Shown: positions 13,879-28,372, counted from the first letter of the stretch. The stretch: DNA of 64,000 nt from Octopus vulgaris (GCA_951406725.2 OX597820.1:56792001-56856000), one strand, 5' to 3'. The notes: a model not told the origin generated them from the sequence alone. Numbers and translations are program-made.

Positions 13879-16800
13879 ATGGTCAAAATTGGTTGTGTGA
13901 ATGCGCGTGGCTTGGGGTCTCCTTGGAAACAAGGATACCTCCTAAATGACATCAAGTCACATGATTTGGGAATCATAGCCATAAGTGAGACCAGACTCCA
14001 CGAGCCACGGGCCCTAAAGTCCATGTTTGGCGGACAGTTTAACATTTATTTTGATCCCTGTCTGCCGAGGATGGGCGGTAGTGGCACCGCGGTACTTTTT
14101 CACAAGAGCCTGAATCTCGAAGTCAAGACGATATTCGTAGACCCGGAGGGTAGACTGATCGTTCTGGATGTCGACGGCAACAATGGGTGCGCTTTTCGAC
14201 TCGTATCAGTCTACGCACCGCCCTTAACAGGTCGGCCGGATTTCTTTCGACGTCTAGAAGTATTCCTGGGAACGTCTCGTCCTTTACTTTTAGTGGGGGA
14301 TTGGAATGCTACCTTGGACACACATCTAGACTATGTGGGGAGAGACAAAAACAGAAGGGGATGCAAATGCCTCAGAGACCTGCTCAGACGATTCCAACTG
14401 TCTGACAGGTACCGACTCGACCACCCAAATGCACCAACGTGGACATGGAGCAACCGCAGTGGGTCGTCGAGATCGTATCTAGATAGGATACTGTGTAGGA
14501 CAGTAGACAAGGATAACTTAGGATGTCCACAATTCCACACAGTCAGCTACACGGATCACAAATTCGTGACGTGTACGCTAGACTTAGATAAGGCACATAG
14601 ACAGGGTCCTGGGTACTGGAAACTGAACGCATCATTCCCGTCCAGACAAGTTTTCAGAGACAGAATCAACACGTTAGTAAAAAGGGCTTTAACGGAGCCA
14701 TTGTCAACAACAAATGGTGGTTCGCCCTCAAGAGAGCAGTAAAAGCGGAAGCAATTAGATATATATTTCTTTACTACTCACAAGGGGCTAAACATAGAGG
14801 GGGACAAACAAAGAAGCAATTAGATATAGCAAGGCACTAGCCGTAGATAGAAATAGAGTAGAGGATGAGTTAGTTAAGAAGTTAGAAGAGGCAATCACAT
14901 CCGACGTTTTAGCGGCGAGGTTGGCCCTTGAACAACACTTCAACGCCAAACACGAAGGGTGTGCTGTCAGGGCTAGGATGCGTGCTCTAAGGATGGAAGG
15001 TGTTGGAGCCGCGAGGGAGGCCCGGGTGGCGGAGGCGCAGCAGGGCAACAAAGCCACCATTCGGTCTCTGGTAGATGAACAGGGGTGCGAATTGCTCGAG
15101 CCCAGCAAGATGTGCGAGACATTTCAGCGGCACTTTGCCCGACTGTACGGGACGAGTGGTGAGCGTGAACGCAGGGTGGACTTCAGTGCCTAACTGCACA
15201 GCCTACCACGACTCTCGGCAAGAGAGGCAGAGTGCTGCGAAGGTGCCATCACGGCGGCGGATGTGCGGGACGCGATGGCAGAATGCTCGAGAGACAAATC
15301 GCCGGGTTTGGATGGTCTGCCCTACGAGTTTTACAATTGTATGCCAGACTTGTTTGGAGACGTCTTGGCAGCGGTATACTGCAACTGGCAGCAAAACGGG
15401 AGCATACCCGGTTTTGTGAGTCGAGGAGCTGTAACTCTGCTGAAGAAAGATCCAAAAAAGGGGAACATTATAGATAACTTTAGACCAATCACTCTGCTCA
15501 ATGCAGACCTGAAAATTTTGACAAAGGTGTTAGCCAAGAGGTTGGCGCTTGTCATCGAGAAACTGGTCGACAACGCACAAACGTGTGCCGTGCCGGGCCG
15601 GAGCATCCATGACAACCTCCATCTGATGCGCTACATCATAGACAGGGTAGTTAACGAACCTGGCATGGGTGGGGCCCTGATCAACTTGGATCAATCGAAA
15701 GCCTTCGATAGGGTAGACCATCGATACTTGGAGGCAGTCCTGAGAGCGGCTGGTTTCGGTCCCGTCTTCCGCGGCTGGATAGCTGCCTTGTACAGAGGCA
15801 TCCGTTCGGTAATTCGCGTAAATGGACATCTATCGAGACCTTTCGACATTGCACGTTCGGTCCGTCAGGGATGCCCCCTCTCGGCGCTTCTATACGTATT
15901 GACTCTTGAGCCACTACTGCGGAAGCTGACGACTCTGAGGGGCATCCCGCGAGAATTGGGATGCGGGACGAGCGTGTCTGCATACGCGGACGACGTCACC
16001 GTCATAGTGTCAAGCCACGAGCACATCGAGCGGGTCGGTGAGACACTGGAAGACTACGAAGCGGTGACAGGAGCAAAAATCAACCGGGAAAAGTCAGTGG
16101 GCTTGCGGCTCGGCACCTGGAGAAGCAAACCCATATCGTCCACCAGTACCTCCGTCGTGGGACGCTGGACAGACGGCCCGGTTAAGTTGCTCGGGGTCTG
16201 GTTCGGTCCGGACCTCCAAATGGAGAAGAACTGGAACGAGATAACGAGTAGGGTGGTCACTCTCGCCCAGCAATGGGCCGAGAGGAAACTGTCCCTAAAA
16301 GGTCGGGCAGAGGTGGCCAACGCGTACATCGCGTCCATCATCTACTACCGCCTGACCGTCGTACCTTGTCCCGACCCTACCATCACCAAACTAGAACGCA
16401 TTCTCTTCCGCTTCTTGTGGAAAGGATGCGTCCCGATGGTCAGGCGATCCATTTGCTGTCAACACCCGTTAAAAGGAGGGCTGGGCATGCCGTGGTTGAT
16501 GATGCGCAGACACGCGCTGAGACTGCGACATCTCAGGCTCTATGTAGACGACGGTGAACAGGTGTGGTCACCGTTTGTGAGGCACGCTTTCCCGCAGCTC
16601 GTCTCCATGACCGAACTGCAGTCGTGGATCAAAAAGAGGCCGAGGAAGGGCGAATGGCACCGCGAGTGTCGCGTTGCTCTCAAGCAACTCTGCCGTCCCG
16701 GGTCGACCTTGAGTGACTTCAACACAACCAAAGCATTCTATAGGGGATTAGTGGAGGGGAGGTACGACGACGATCTTGGGGCAAACCTGGACGTCGACGA

Positions 16801-17368
16801 GGAATACCTGACCCGCCTGTTTCAAACGACTTTCGGCCCGGGGCCTATGGATAACTTCCAGAGATCCCTGGCCTGGCGGTGCTACCGAGAAGCGCTACCC
16901 GTTCGGGATAAGCTCTATAGGCATGGCTCGAGAAACACGGGGCCGACCTGCCCGAGATGCGGGCAGAGTGACGAAACCGCTCTGCACGCAATCGTGCAGT
17001 GTCCAGCAATTTCCGACCGGTGGAATTATGTCGAACGACTGCTGTCACGTGTGGGACGTGTCGGTTTATCAGCCGAGTCTATCGTTAATATCGTCACGCC
17101 TCCTTCCTTCAAACGGGAAGGAAGAGCTATTTTTATCATACTTGTGGCTATGGCGAAAGAATGTATCTGGTGGACGCGCCTGAAAGGATTAGAGACAAAC
17201 ACTTTCCTCTGTGGTCAATCTCTCATCAACTTCTTCAAGTATCACTTGAAGAGGAAAGTGAGAGTAGAGAGGCAAGTTTTGTCTAGTGAATGTTTTAAAA
17301 AAAGATGGGTGAATGTAGCAAGGATGGCACGTATGAATGAGGAAGCCACCTTGACTATGATTCTATGA
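13879..17368 (+). pseudogene. LINE ORF2: apurinic-like endonuclease, reverse transcriptase and C-terminal zinc finger
   Basis: APE motifs NARG, SETR, GDWN, SYLDRI and TDH; RT motifs KSPGLDG, FRPITLLNAD, DQSKAFDRV, RQGCPLS and YADD; CPRC...H...C; frameshift near 14695, SINE at 14764, stop at 15191-15193; the last 701 codons are open. Confidence 0.93.
14764..14812 (-). mobile_element. 49-bp 3' stub of SINE family B with 16-bp TSD inside ORF2
   Basis: gaagcaattagatata at 14748-14763 and 14813-14828. Confidence 0.92.
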
Positions 17369-17693
17369 ACCATAAAAATTAATACAGAGAGTTGCTTATT
17401 TGCAAAAAAAAAAAAAAGAAATATAACGTGACTTCATTGACCGAGGTTACCGTGGTCTTTTCCGTAGGCTTTTCTTTCCACGGGTAAACCTCACCTGTCC
17501 TCCCCTTTACACTTCATATTGACATTTCTGTGATAACGATCCCTATTGATCAATTCCCCCCCTTTTTTGTCCTCTTTCTTTCCTTTTACGATCCCTTTTG
17601 ATCGAAACCCCCCTTTTTTTTACCCCAAAAGAAAAGCTCTACCTTGTAATTTGTTCTATCTGTGTGCAGCCCTGTGTGGCTAATAAAGAAACA

Positions 17694-18077
<384 letters not shown>

Positions 18078-18819
18078 TGTTCAAATCCATGCCTGCACGA
18101 ATCTTCGCTATGAGTTTCTCGTTTCCGGTGCAAGGATATACAGTCGTCCTTGTACTGTATTTATAAGCGAGGGTTTAGATTCTATTTAACATATTTCATT
18201 CAATTTACAAGTGAGTTCTAGCCCAAAATATACTCGTAGACGAATGCGTATATCATGTAGAAAATCATGTGTGTACACATATACTGAGAATGGTATAAAT
18301 CTACTGTGTGAGTACATAGCTGTGTGTGTATGTGTGTGTATTTCTGAGTGTGAGAATACGCCGGGCAGATAAGTCGTTTATGCAGACCACTGACAAAGCC
18401 TGTACTCACACAAAAGGCACGTATAAAGGCATTAAATTATTTCCAATTAATTGCTGATTTCTTAATTCCCTTAAGAGTGATACCCCTTGCTGATATCGAT
18501 ATTATTTTAATGAGTGATCTGTGTTGACCAGCTGGACGAGTATGCTCCGCCCGCCATCTTTATCAAATTACGTGGTGTTGTTTTATATTCTTTTATATCA
18601 AAATGGTTTGCTAAAGTTGTATATGCTGCAGCTTGTGTCGAAACTTGTAGTTTCAATAAGTTTGGCATTGGTCGACCGAATTCCACGCCCCTCACATGCA
18701 TACATATTATATATGTACGCATGTAGGCAGATTGTACTCACACACACGTACTTTATGAGAGAGAAGAGAGAGAGACATGACTGTATCGAAGCGCAGGCGT
18801 GGCTACGTGTGAGTGTAGA

Positions 18820-19180
18820 CGTGACCGTGTGGTAAAAAGCTTGTTTCCCAACCATATGGTTCCGGATTCAGTCCCACTATGTGGTACCTGGGACAAGAGA
18901 CCACAAAAGCCTTATGAGTAAATTTGGTAGACGGAAACTGAAAGTAGCCCGCCGTATATATATACCTATCTATGTGTGTATGTCATCATATGTGATTTTT
19001 CCTACAATAGCTTGCTAACCGGCGGTGGTGTGTTTGCGTCAACGTAAGTTAGTTATTCGGCAAAAGAGACCGATAGAATAGGTAGCAGGCTTTAAAAAAA
19101 AACATGATTCGATTAAAATTCTTCAAGGCGGTGCTCCAGTATGGCCGCAATGTATTAACTGAAACAAGTAAAAGATAGAT
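18820..19180 (+). mobile_element. SINE family A, diverged
   Basis: gtgtggtaaaaagcttg...ggcggtgctccagtatggccgc...actgaaacaagtaaaaga. Confidence 0.8.
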
Positions 19181-19419
19181 CTTTAGGAGTGTGTGTGTAT
19201 GTGTGTGTGTCTGTGTGTGTGTGAATGTGTATGTATGTATGCATGTATGTATGCACTTGAAACAGCATTAGATTAATATACCAGCGTGTATAGTATGAGT
19301 AATATGCAAATAAATATCGAACAGCGTTTAGTATAACATTTTGTCTGAGAGAGAGACCCCTCAAAGAGACTTATATATTTAAATCACAGGGTTTCGTTCA
19401 CAACGGTGGCGAACCATTG

Positions 19420-19487
19420 CGAAATTTAGCGCCAAATAGACGCCTGATTTTTCGAGAAATCAGGCGTCTATTTAGCGCTAAATTTCG
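19420..19487. repeat. 68-bp near-perfect palindrome
   Basis: cgaaatttagcgccaaatagacgcctgattttTC|GAgaaatcaggcgtctatttagcgctaaatttcg, 2 mismatches. Confidence 0.95.
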
Positions 19488-19699
19488 AAACCGGTACCAG
19501 GTTGACCAGCATTTACATGTTCTAACCCATTTGAGGTAAGGCATTATTATTGTTCACTGATATTTTTTCTTGTCTGTAATAGATGTGACTATTCAGTGGT
19601 ACAAAAGTATTTTTTGACTTCTATCATTAGCGATATAGGTACTCATGTAGTACCCTTGTGTATATATGTACATATCTAATATTGTATGTATATATATAT

Positions 19700-20060
19700 A
19701 GACAGTTTCTGTCTACCAAATCCACTCACAAGGCATTGGTCAACCCGAAGCTATTGTAGAAGACACTTGCCCAAAGTCGTATGCAGTAGGACTGAACCCA
19801 GAACCATGTGGTTAGGAAGCAAGCTTTTTATTTCTTTATTGCCCACAAGGGGCTAAACAAGGACAAACTAGGTCAGAAAAAGGGGTTAAGTCGATTACAT
19901 CGACCCCAGTGCGTAGCTGGTACTTAATTTATCGACCCCGAAAGGATGAAAGGCAAAGTCGACCTTGGCGGAATTTGAACTCAGAACGTAGCGGCATTTT
20001 GCCCGGCGTGCCAACGTTTCTGTCAGCCCGTCGCAAGCTTCTTACCACACAGCCACTTCC
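19700..20060 (-). mobile_element. SINE family A 5' half with a nested family B SINE (19827-20032)
   Basis: TSD gcaagctt at 19819-19826 and 20033-20040; the family A sequence resumes in register after the insert. Confidence 0.88.
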
Positions 20061-20349
20061 ATATATATGTATTTATATATGCATATATATACATATATAT
20101 ATACGGGTGTGTGTGATTGTGATTGTGTCAACAATTGGGAAGCATGACTGTCACCACTACTACATGAACCTGAAGATTGCAGAATTTAATGCATGAAAGT
20201 ACTAGTTCAATCAGAATGAACATTTAACATTCTACTATTTTATTTTATTCTATTATATTATCTTATATTATATCATTATAAGATTGTAAATAAAACGTGA
20301 AAATCAGACAAGGTTGGAATTCCTTTTATTAATATACATGTATGTGTGT

Positions 20350-20381
<32 letters not shown>

Positions 20382-20604
20382 AAAGTTTGACACATCTACT
20401 TCAACAAACTCTATACTGACATCGAGTGAGTTTGTGAGATCAGATTTGTTTTCTAAGCAGAAATATATCTTGAGCGCATAAAAATTTCTGAGTCATTTTG
20501 ACATCTGTTACTGGCTGTGCGGCAAGACGTTTACTCCCAAACCACATAATTCTACGCTCAATCCCACTACTTTGCAACATAGACAATGAAAGAATATGAA
20601 CGGG

Positions 20605-21010
20605 GTGGATGTGTAGTAAGTAGCTTGTTCACCAACCACATAGTTCCGGGTTCAGTCCCACTGCGTGGCACCTTGGGCAAGTGTCTTCCTACTATAGCCT
20701 CGGGCCGACCAAAGCCTTGTGAGTGGATTTGGTAGACGGAAACTGAAAGAAGCCCGTCGTATATATGTATATATATATATATGCGTGTGTGTGTTTGTGT
20801 GTCTGTGTTTGTCCCTCTAGCATTGCTTGACAACCGATGCTGGTGTGTTTATGTCCCCGTTACTTAGCGGTTCGGCAAAAGAGACCGATAGAATAAGGAC
20901 TGGGCTTACAAAAGAATAAGTCCCGGGGTCAAGTTGATCGATTAAAAGCAGTGCTCCAGCATGGCCGAAGTCAAATGACTGAAACAAGTAAAAGAGTAAA
21001 AGAATAAAAG
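20605..21010 (+). mobile_element. SINE family A, full length
   Basis: Close match to the other family A copies; (gtaaaaga)n tail. Confidence 0.9.
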
Positions 21011-21456
21011 AGGAGTGGAGTGGGAATCCGAAGATGTGTCTATTAATACTTTTAAACCAGCTGATAAATATACCCATGTTTTATGGATGAATCTAGTTGG
21101 CTTCCTTATATCATTGATCGTATTTTGCTGATTAGCTCTATCTGTTTTAGTTCGATTAATTAGGTTACTTTTTGAGTTAGAGACAAAAATTTTCATCGTA
21201 GACTTGTTATGCATTCCTCATGCTTAGATAGATGTGGTAACTCTATCTAATTTCAATTTCTTAGCAATATATTTTCTAAGTAGTTATGTTATCATAAGTA
21301 TGTGGCTAGTCTTTCTGTAATTGTTTCTGATGTTCAAAAGTAGACGTGTGTATGTGCTATTTTACACTTTGTGTAAAGCTATTGGTTTTGTGGAAGAAAA
21401 TGAAAAAAACATTCTTAGTTGTTTTGACACGCTTAAAGTCACAAATAATTTTATTT

Positions 21457-21459
<3 letters not shown>

Positions 21460-21511
<52 letters not shown>

Positions 21512-21662
21512 TATATATATATATATATATACGACGGTCTTCTTTCAGTCTCCGACTATCAAATCTACTCACAAGGTATTGGTCGGCCCGAAGCTATAGC
21601 ACAAGACACTTGCCCAAGGTGTCACGCAGTGGGACTGAACCCGGAATGGTGTGGTTGGTCAG

Positions 21663-21668
<6 letters not shown>
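21460..21668 (-). mobile_element. SINE family A fragment
   Basis: gacacttgcccaaggtgtcacgcagtgggactgaacccggaa. Confidence 0.85.
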
Positions 21669-21741
<73 letters not shown>

Positions 21742-21742
<1 letters not shown>

Positions 21743-22695
21743 TAGTTGGAATTTACAAGAAGAAAATAAAAGACGAAGATAGGTGTGTAAACAACAAGCA
21801 GGTGTATTAGTTTAACACTTGGGAAGATGAGAAAGTGTTTCATGTTTCGAGCCTACGCTCTTCATTAGAGAGGAACACGAGAAAATAAACAGAGAGAGAA
21901 TAAAAAAAGTGCTTTAGGGGCTAGCAATCGATCATGGCGATGGCTGGACAGAGGTAGTCAGACAGGAGAGCTAGGAAGAAAGGGAGATAATAAAATAATG
22001 ATGATCCCAAAGTGAAGGTGCGCGTGCGTGGGAGAGATGGTGGGGTTGGAATGTGTAGCGGTGGGATAGAGGGGGTAACGATGAAGGGAGTGGGTGGAAG
22101 GGAGAACGTGCGTAGGAGTGAAGAGAGAAAGTAGGTGTAAGAGGAAAAGAGGAGAGAAGAGGACAGTTGAGTCCATGTGGCGCAAAGGAACGCAGAGAGA
22201 AGAATAAATTCTGTTCACAGCGAAGACGGGAGACCGGATGGCCCCTGTGCTGAACACAGGTAGGCGTTGTAAAGAATAACCGTTTGAGCGGAAATGGCGC
22301 GAGATCGGGGTGTCGATGCTGAGTCAGCAAGCGGCGTCCCGTTTGACCTATGTACAGAGAAGGACAGACAGAGTAGGAAATGCAGTAAATGACGTTGCTA
22401 GAAGTGTAGATGAAGGAGTCAGTGATATGATAGGGACGATGATGGGTGCCTGTGAGGATGGTGGTGTGGGAGGAGTAGGGGCAAGTGCAGTACCGTGAGC
22501 GGGAACAGGGGAACGAGCCGGGTTGAGAGGTGGGGTTAGGGAAGAAACTGTGCACCAAGAGGTCACGTAGGTTGTGGGCACGTTTGGAGGGGTCGGACTG
22601 AATTCGCCGGAAGGCTCGGAGAATGATGCGTTGGAGAAGCAAGGTGGAGGGGTGGTAGGTGAGGGGAAACAGGAAACAAGTAACGATGTGGCTGG

Positions 22696-22731
<36 letters not shown>

Positions 22732-23058
22732 AGATACACGGTCCACAGAACGGGTTCTGGCAAGGGCGGTGTGCATAGTGGTGAAGGGATATCCACGAAG
22801 TATGAAGTGGCGAGCCATGAGTTGAGACTGAGTCTCAAAGTCATGGTTGTCACTGCAGAGCCTGCGTAGGCGGAAAAATTGGGAATAGGGGATGATGAGC
22901 TTGGTGTGTTTAGGGTGGGGGGAGGAGGAGAAGTTGAGGTATGAGTATGAGTCTGTGTGTTTGTAGTAGATGAAGGTGGTGAGAGTGGAGTGATGATTGC
23001 TGACCGAAATGTCGAGAAAAGCGACGCAAGTGTTGGAAATAATGCAGGAGAATTCGAG
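21742..23058 (-). pseudogene. Penelope-like element 3' part: RT thumb, GIY-YIG endonuclease and terminal repeat with degenerate HHR
   Basis: LEFSC...VAFLDISV...[33 protein letters not shown] and SSNVIYCISYSVCPSLYIGQTGRRL; ctaatga-a-gagc-gtag-gctc-gaaac at 21836-21872 (-). Confidence 0.88.
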
Positions 23059-23119
23059 ATATATGTATATACATTATATGTATATAGACATATAATGTAT
23101 ATATATACATATATATATA

Positions 23120-23185
<66 letters not shown>

Positions 23186-23241
23186 TATATATATATATGT
23201 ATACATGTATATATATATATATAATGTATATGTATATATAC

Positions 23242-23286
<45 letters not shown>

Positions 23287-24082
23287 GTATATATGTGTGT
23301 GTGTGTTCACACCCACACCTACACATACACACCACATAAAAGACGGGAGACAGGAGATAACTACAAGATGGCAATAAAGCATTGACTCAGGTACTACATA
23401 AACTCCTACGTGACAGAAATGTGACATAAATCTACCATGAAAACCAACTCACCCAGTGCTTTGCCATCTAGCTTGGCGTTGCCTGAACGACATCACTTGT
23501 CAATATACATTATGCAGCAACGGAGAGAACCATCTACAGACTTCTGATAAATAGAAATATATATGCATGCATATTTTCATACCTACATTTATGTATATAG
23601 CTATGAATGTGTACATACATACATCCACATGCACATACACACATGAGTACAGTCACACATACATTCATATATCACACCGGCTTCGACGATGACTGTTTCA
23701 GTTGTTCGAGTAATAAAGCCGTCTATTTGCTGATCTAGTGTGCAAAGGGTTGAATATTCCTCAAACAAGAGTATATCTAACGTGATTTTCATGGAAAATC
23801 GGTGTGCCACTTGGCCCTTTTAATTCCAAGTTCAGGCTATCTAACGGGTTTTCGAACATTTCTCGCACGTCAAAATATTCCTCACATAATTTTGGTCAAA
23901 TCGAAACTTGGATGTGATATCGAAATCTGGAACCTCGTGATAGCGAAGCGAATGTCTTAATTTGAAACCAGCTTTTGTGTATGTGTGTGTGTGTTTGTAT
24001 ACACGCACACGCACACACACATAGTATACACACACACAGAGGCACATATAAACACACACATACACACACGCACAAGCATATA

Positions 24083-24132
<50 letters not shown>

Positions 24133-24463
24133 AAATAAGAAAATAAGAAATAGATGTTAACATTAATGACATTTTGTAAATAAATATAAATTAATATAAT
24201 GTACTCTTGACTCTGTATATCTGCATTTGAGTATTAATATGTGTATGTTTTCTACATTGTTATATCATAATATTAAGTTGAAAAACTGTAACATTGAATA
24301 TGGAACATATGTATGTTTATTGATTTATATTATTTATATTATTATGTATATGTATATGTATAGGAGTATGAGTATATGCACTCATATGTATGTGTATATG
24401 ATATATTATGGGTATGTACCCACACTTATATGGGTGTATATTTAATTTGGTTTGTATTTCATA

Positions 24464-24590
24464 ATCTCCGAAGAGGCCTTGGGATATTTTTGTAAATGTC
24501 TCATTTATAACTACATATTGACCTATCACACATGGCTAATATAAGTAAAATGAGACACCCATATCTGCATGGCCGAAACAGCTGTAAGAT
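24464..24590 (+). ncRNA. Type I hammerhead-like motif with a long stem II insertion
   Basis: atct-CCGAAGA-GGCC-[92 nt]-GGCC-GAAA-CAGCTG-TA-agat. Confidence 0.5.
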
Positions 24591-25430
24591 GTAGTTTATA
24601 TTTATATTTATTTATATTCTCTTATACATATTGTACTTATTGTATCATATTACTCCTTCATGTACACTGTTTTGTTCTATATTATTATGTTTGACCTTAA
24701 TGTTCATATGTAGTGGTTTAATAAAGTATGTGATTGGGTATTATCTGGTAGTTGATAATTGATTTAGATGTATTTCTCCATTTTCTTATTTTGTATTATT
24801 AATTTGTGGTAAAACATTTTACCTTTGCCCATATATAATACAGTAAATGAATTAATTGCATCGCAATTCTTAACATTTATGTATTAACTTTGTTGGATAC
24901 TTCACTAGCAGTATATTGGATATATGTTATCCCATGGAGGGTTGCATTTACAACCCCTATCTCAATTTGTATATATATATATATAAATAGAACTTACTTG
25001 GAAAAGGATGCGCGGCGTTCGATCATATAATAATATAAATGATATATAAATATATGCATATATACAAACATATATGTACATACCTATATATATATATGTA
25101 TATATACATGTATATATGGGTTTCCTTCCTAAAGACATGACGTACTTTTATCTGTTCCTTCTCAAAGCTCCTTTATTCCAGTGTTCGTAAATTCGTTTTG
25201 GCTTAAGAGCCCTCAATGTTTGTTTTTACTGTTTTGTTCTCACTGTCCTGTTTTTGTTACTACTTTCACCCTCCGCAAAAAAATCCCAAATTTTATTTAA
25301 TTTGCTTTGCGGGAAGGACTGTTTTAACGAAGTCGCGTATTGTCCTTACCTTCGGAATGCGGAGTAGATAAAATAGGGTACAACTGATGAAGGGAATGTT
25401 CTTTATGTTGCATGTTCCGTTTCTCTGTTC

Positions 25431-25504
<74 letters not shown>

Positions 25505-25509
<5 letters not shown>

Positions 25510-25705
25510 ATCCAAACAAGAAAACACAGAAAAAAAGAGAAAAGAAAGGAGAAAAAAAAACACAGCAACGCAGGACGTGGAACAATTAAAGTATTATTGA
25601 CGCTCAGGAAAGAAGGGAAGGAGGGTTCAACGTTTCGAGCGGAGCTCTTCGTCGGAAACAAGGAGAAGGAAAGATCCCAAAGAGGGAAGACAGAGGAGAA
25701 AATAT
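25505..25705 (-). mobile_element. PLE terminal-repeat fragment with a minimal HHR (25625-25659)
   Basis: Minus strand: gttt-CCGACGA-a-GAGC-tcc-GCTC-GAAA-C-GTT-gaac; shares ttcctgagcgtcaa with 8138-8151. Confidence 0.65.
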
Positions 25706-25798
25706 TTGAGCTGGTGGTGCTTAAGAGATCACATATATATATATATGTATATAAACAAAGCGTCCAATAACACTATATAAGTATATATACATACTTAT

Positions 25799-25839
<41 letters not shown>

Positions 25840-25959
25840 TATATACAAATGCACACACATATATATGTACACATATATCCATACATATACATAGGTGTAT
25901 GTATTTATATGTTTGTATGCATATAATGTATGTGTGTGCGTTTATATGAAGAAGGCGAG

Positions 25960-25999
25960 AGTGACTTCGAAGTTTCGGCCTTCTGGACTTCGTCGGACT
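25960..25999 (-). ncRNA. Hammerhead-like motif
   Basis: Minus strand: agt-CCGACGA-a-gtcc-agaa-ggcc-GAAA-cttcgaag-TC-act, with palindromic stem III. Confidence 0.55.
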
Positions 26000-26190
26000 A
26001 CAAAAATGTATTGAATAATCTTTCATTTCAATGTTGTTTTATAGCTTTTCCTTCTTTCGTTCTTCCTTCCTTCCTTCCTTCCTTCTTTTCTGTCTTTCTT
26101 TCTTTCTTTCTTCCTCCTCTCTTCCCCTTCTCTGTCTCTCTGTCTCTGTCTGCTTTTGTCTTTCTGACACTTTGTCTCTGTTTCTGTCTG

Positions 26191-26293
<103 letters not shown>

Positions 26294-26666
26294 AATATTT
26301 ACACATATATGTGCGTGTATGCACACACGCCGACACATATATACGCGTGTCCATTATATTTACTTCTCAAATTTCTTTTCTGGTGTACAAGCCAATATTT
26401 TCTGTGTCTCTCATACCGACGTACATACATATTTACGTGCATATATTGCATATATATATATATATATCTGTGTGTGTGTGTGTGTGCGTGTGTCTGTGTG
26501 TGTGCGTGTGTGTCTGTAATCATGTCTGTCTGTATGTTTGCATAAAACTCTAAAACACCTATGAATCGGATGGTTGACTTTTATATATTATATTATCGTA
26601 TTATAAACAAACACATTAACACACACACACACACACACACTACTCATTCACACTGGTAAATACATA

Positions 26667-26706
<40 letters not shown>

Positions 26707-27027
26707 CACAAAGACGCAGAAGCAGATATACTCGCCTTCCACCTTACTCTACCCAAACAAATAGACATACAACAACACACAATAACAACAAACACTACCC
26801 AGCCGGACACAATGCAATGCAATTATTTAATATGTTCAAATCGATGGCGATTTCTGTCTGCCAGCGATACTGTCCGAAGCAATAACAAATAGTCTGGAAC
26901 TGGAAGTTACTTGTATGCTTAAATATCTCCACTTCATTCTTCTTCTTCTTCTTCTTCTTCTTCTTCTTCTTCTTCTTCTTCTTCTTCTTCTTCTTCTTCT
27001 TCTTCTTCTTCTTCTTCTTCTTCTTCT

Positions 27028-27065
<38 letters not shown>

Positions 27066-27915
27066 ATACCTATGCGTGTAAGTGTTTGTGTGTGTGCGTG
27101 CGTTTATGTATGTATGACTGTGTGTGTGTGGGTGTGTTTGTACTGCGTAGTGTTAAAATTTAAACGGGTTCTGTTAATAGACATTATTCTTAATATTTAA
27201 GTTTCGAACTAGCAGTCATCAAGCACTCATGTCTTAGTAGATTGTCCAAGAAACATTTGAAGGCATCATTGACTTGTTGTTCACACTTGGTAAATATATA
27301 TCACCACAGAAGCTGTTAAACAGAAAACTTTGGCAATCTTTTCTTTGGTGTACATAGTCTTCCTTCAATAGAGTAGGAGATTTTGAAACGTTTTCCATGT
27401 CAATGGTGTGTGAAATTTTCTCCCCCTTTTATATATTACTATATTTTCTTTTAGCGTTTAAAATATTTCGTTCAAATCTAACAGAATTATAAGGGTCTTA
27501 TCGGAAATAGTTTTCTCCTAAAGCAGGCCATAAATCTCGTTTGATAACACGTAGTAACATTTTACTGCTCTTTTAGTTGTTAAAACTACTTTTCAAATAT
27601 TTAATGCTTTGAAATTTTTTTCAGAGTCCGAGTGAAAATCGTAGATGTTTTTGCTGTTGTTATTAATGTTCTATCTGTGGTTTAGACCAAGATCAACTCT
27701 AACTGAGCAAAGAGGTTCCATCCATGACTATACCGCCTTTCGTTCCAGCATTGCGAATCTAGTACTATATTATGCAATGTGTCCTAACAGAACAGAAACA
27801 GAAATAGTTTTTTAAAGAAAGTCTTGGTTGCTATTTCTAGTAGGCCGGATGATCGATTAGAAACTCTTACTTAGACATGGAAGTAGTAACAGCAGCACAG
27901 ATGTAGCAGTAGACA

Positions 27916-27956
<41 letters not shown>

Positions 27957-28372
27957 TGGGTTCATGTAGTAGTTATGTAGTCCAGGTCAATCCCAATTGA
28001 ACAAACCATCCCATTTTTTTTTTAGGTTTCGGAGTTTCTAGGATCCCATTCTGGAATGTGTTCATTTCCTGATTAAAACAGTAAGATATGATTTGAGAGT
28101 GATTTATCTACTATATCAAGCAAGCAGATCAGTTTTGCTTGTCAGCTAGACAGAGCTCCTTCTCGAATGAACCATATCCGTTAGGATGCCTTTATCATAG
28201 TGGAATTAAGAAAGATGTATCTTTACCATGAGAAGATACTTCGTAGGGTAACAACAGGGTTAACTCAAGGTTAAGTGCAGTCAACTGAATCGGTACTTCG
28301 GTATATTACTGGTTTTTATCCAAAGTAATTGACAGAGTTGTTAGAGCATCGTGTAAAATGCTTTATAGTATA

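Larger units (their letters stand above)
11280..17693 (+). mobile_element. Near full-length Tx1/L1-clade LINE
   Basis: 5' UTR, ORF1 with CCHC knuckle, ORF2 with APE, RT and zinc finger, pyrimidine-rich 3' UTR, AATAAA at 17682-17687; (TATC)n on both flanks. Confidence 0.93.

Noticed and set aside
15263-17368. 701-aa open RT ORF as a possible domesticated gene
   Set aside because: It is the surviving part of ORF2 of a relatively young LINE whose upstream portion is broken; nothing here indicates selection.
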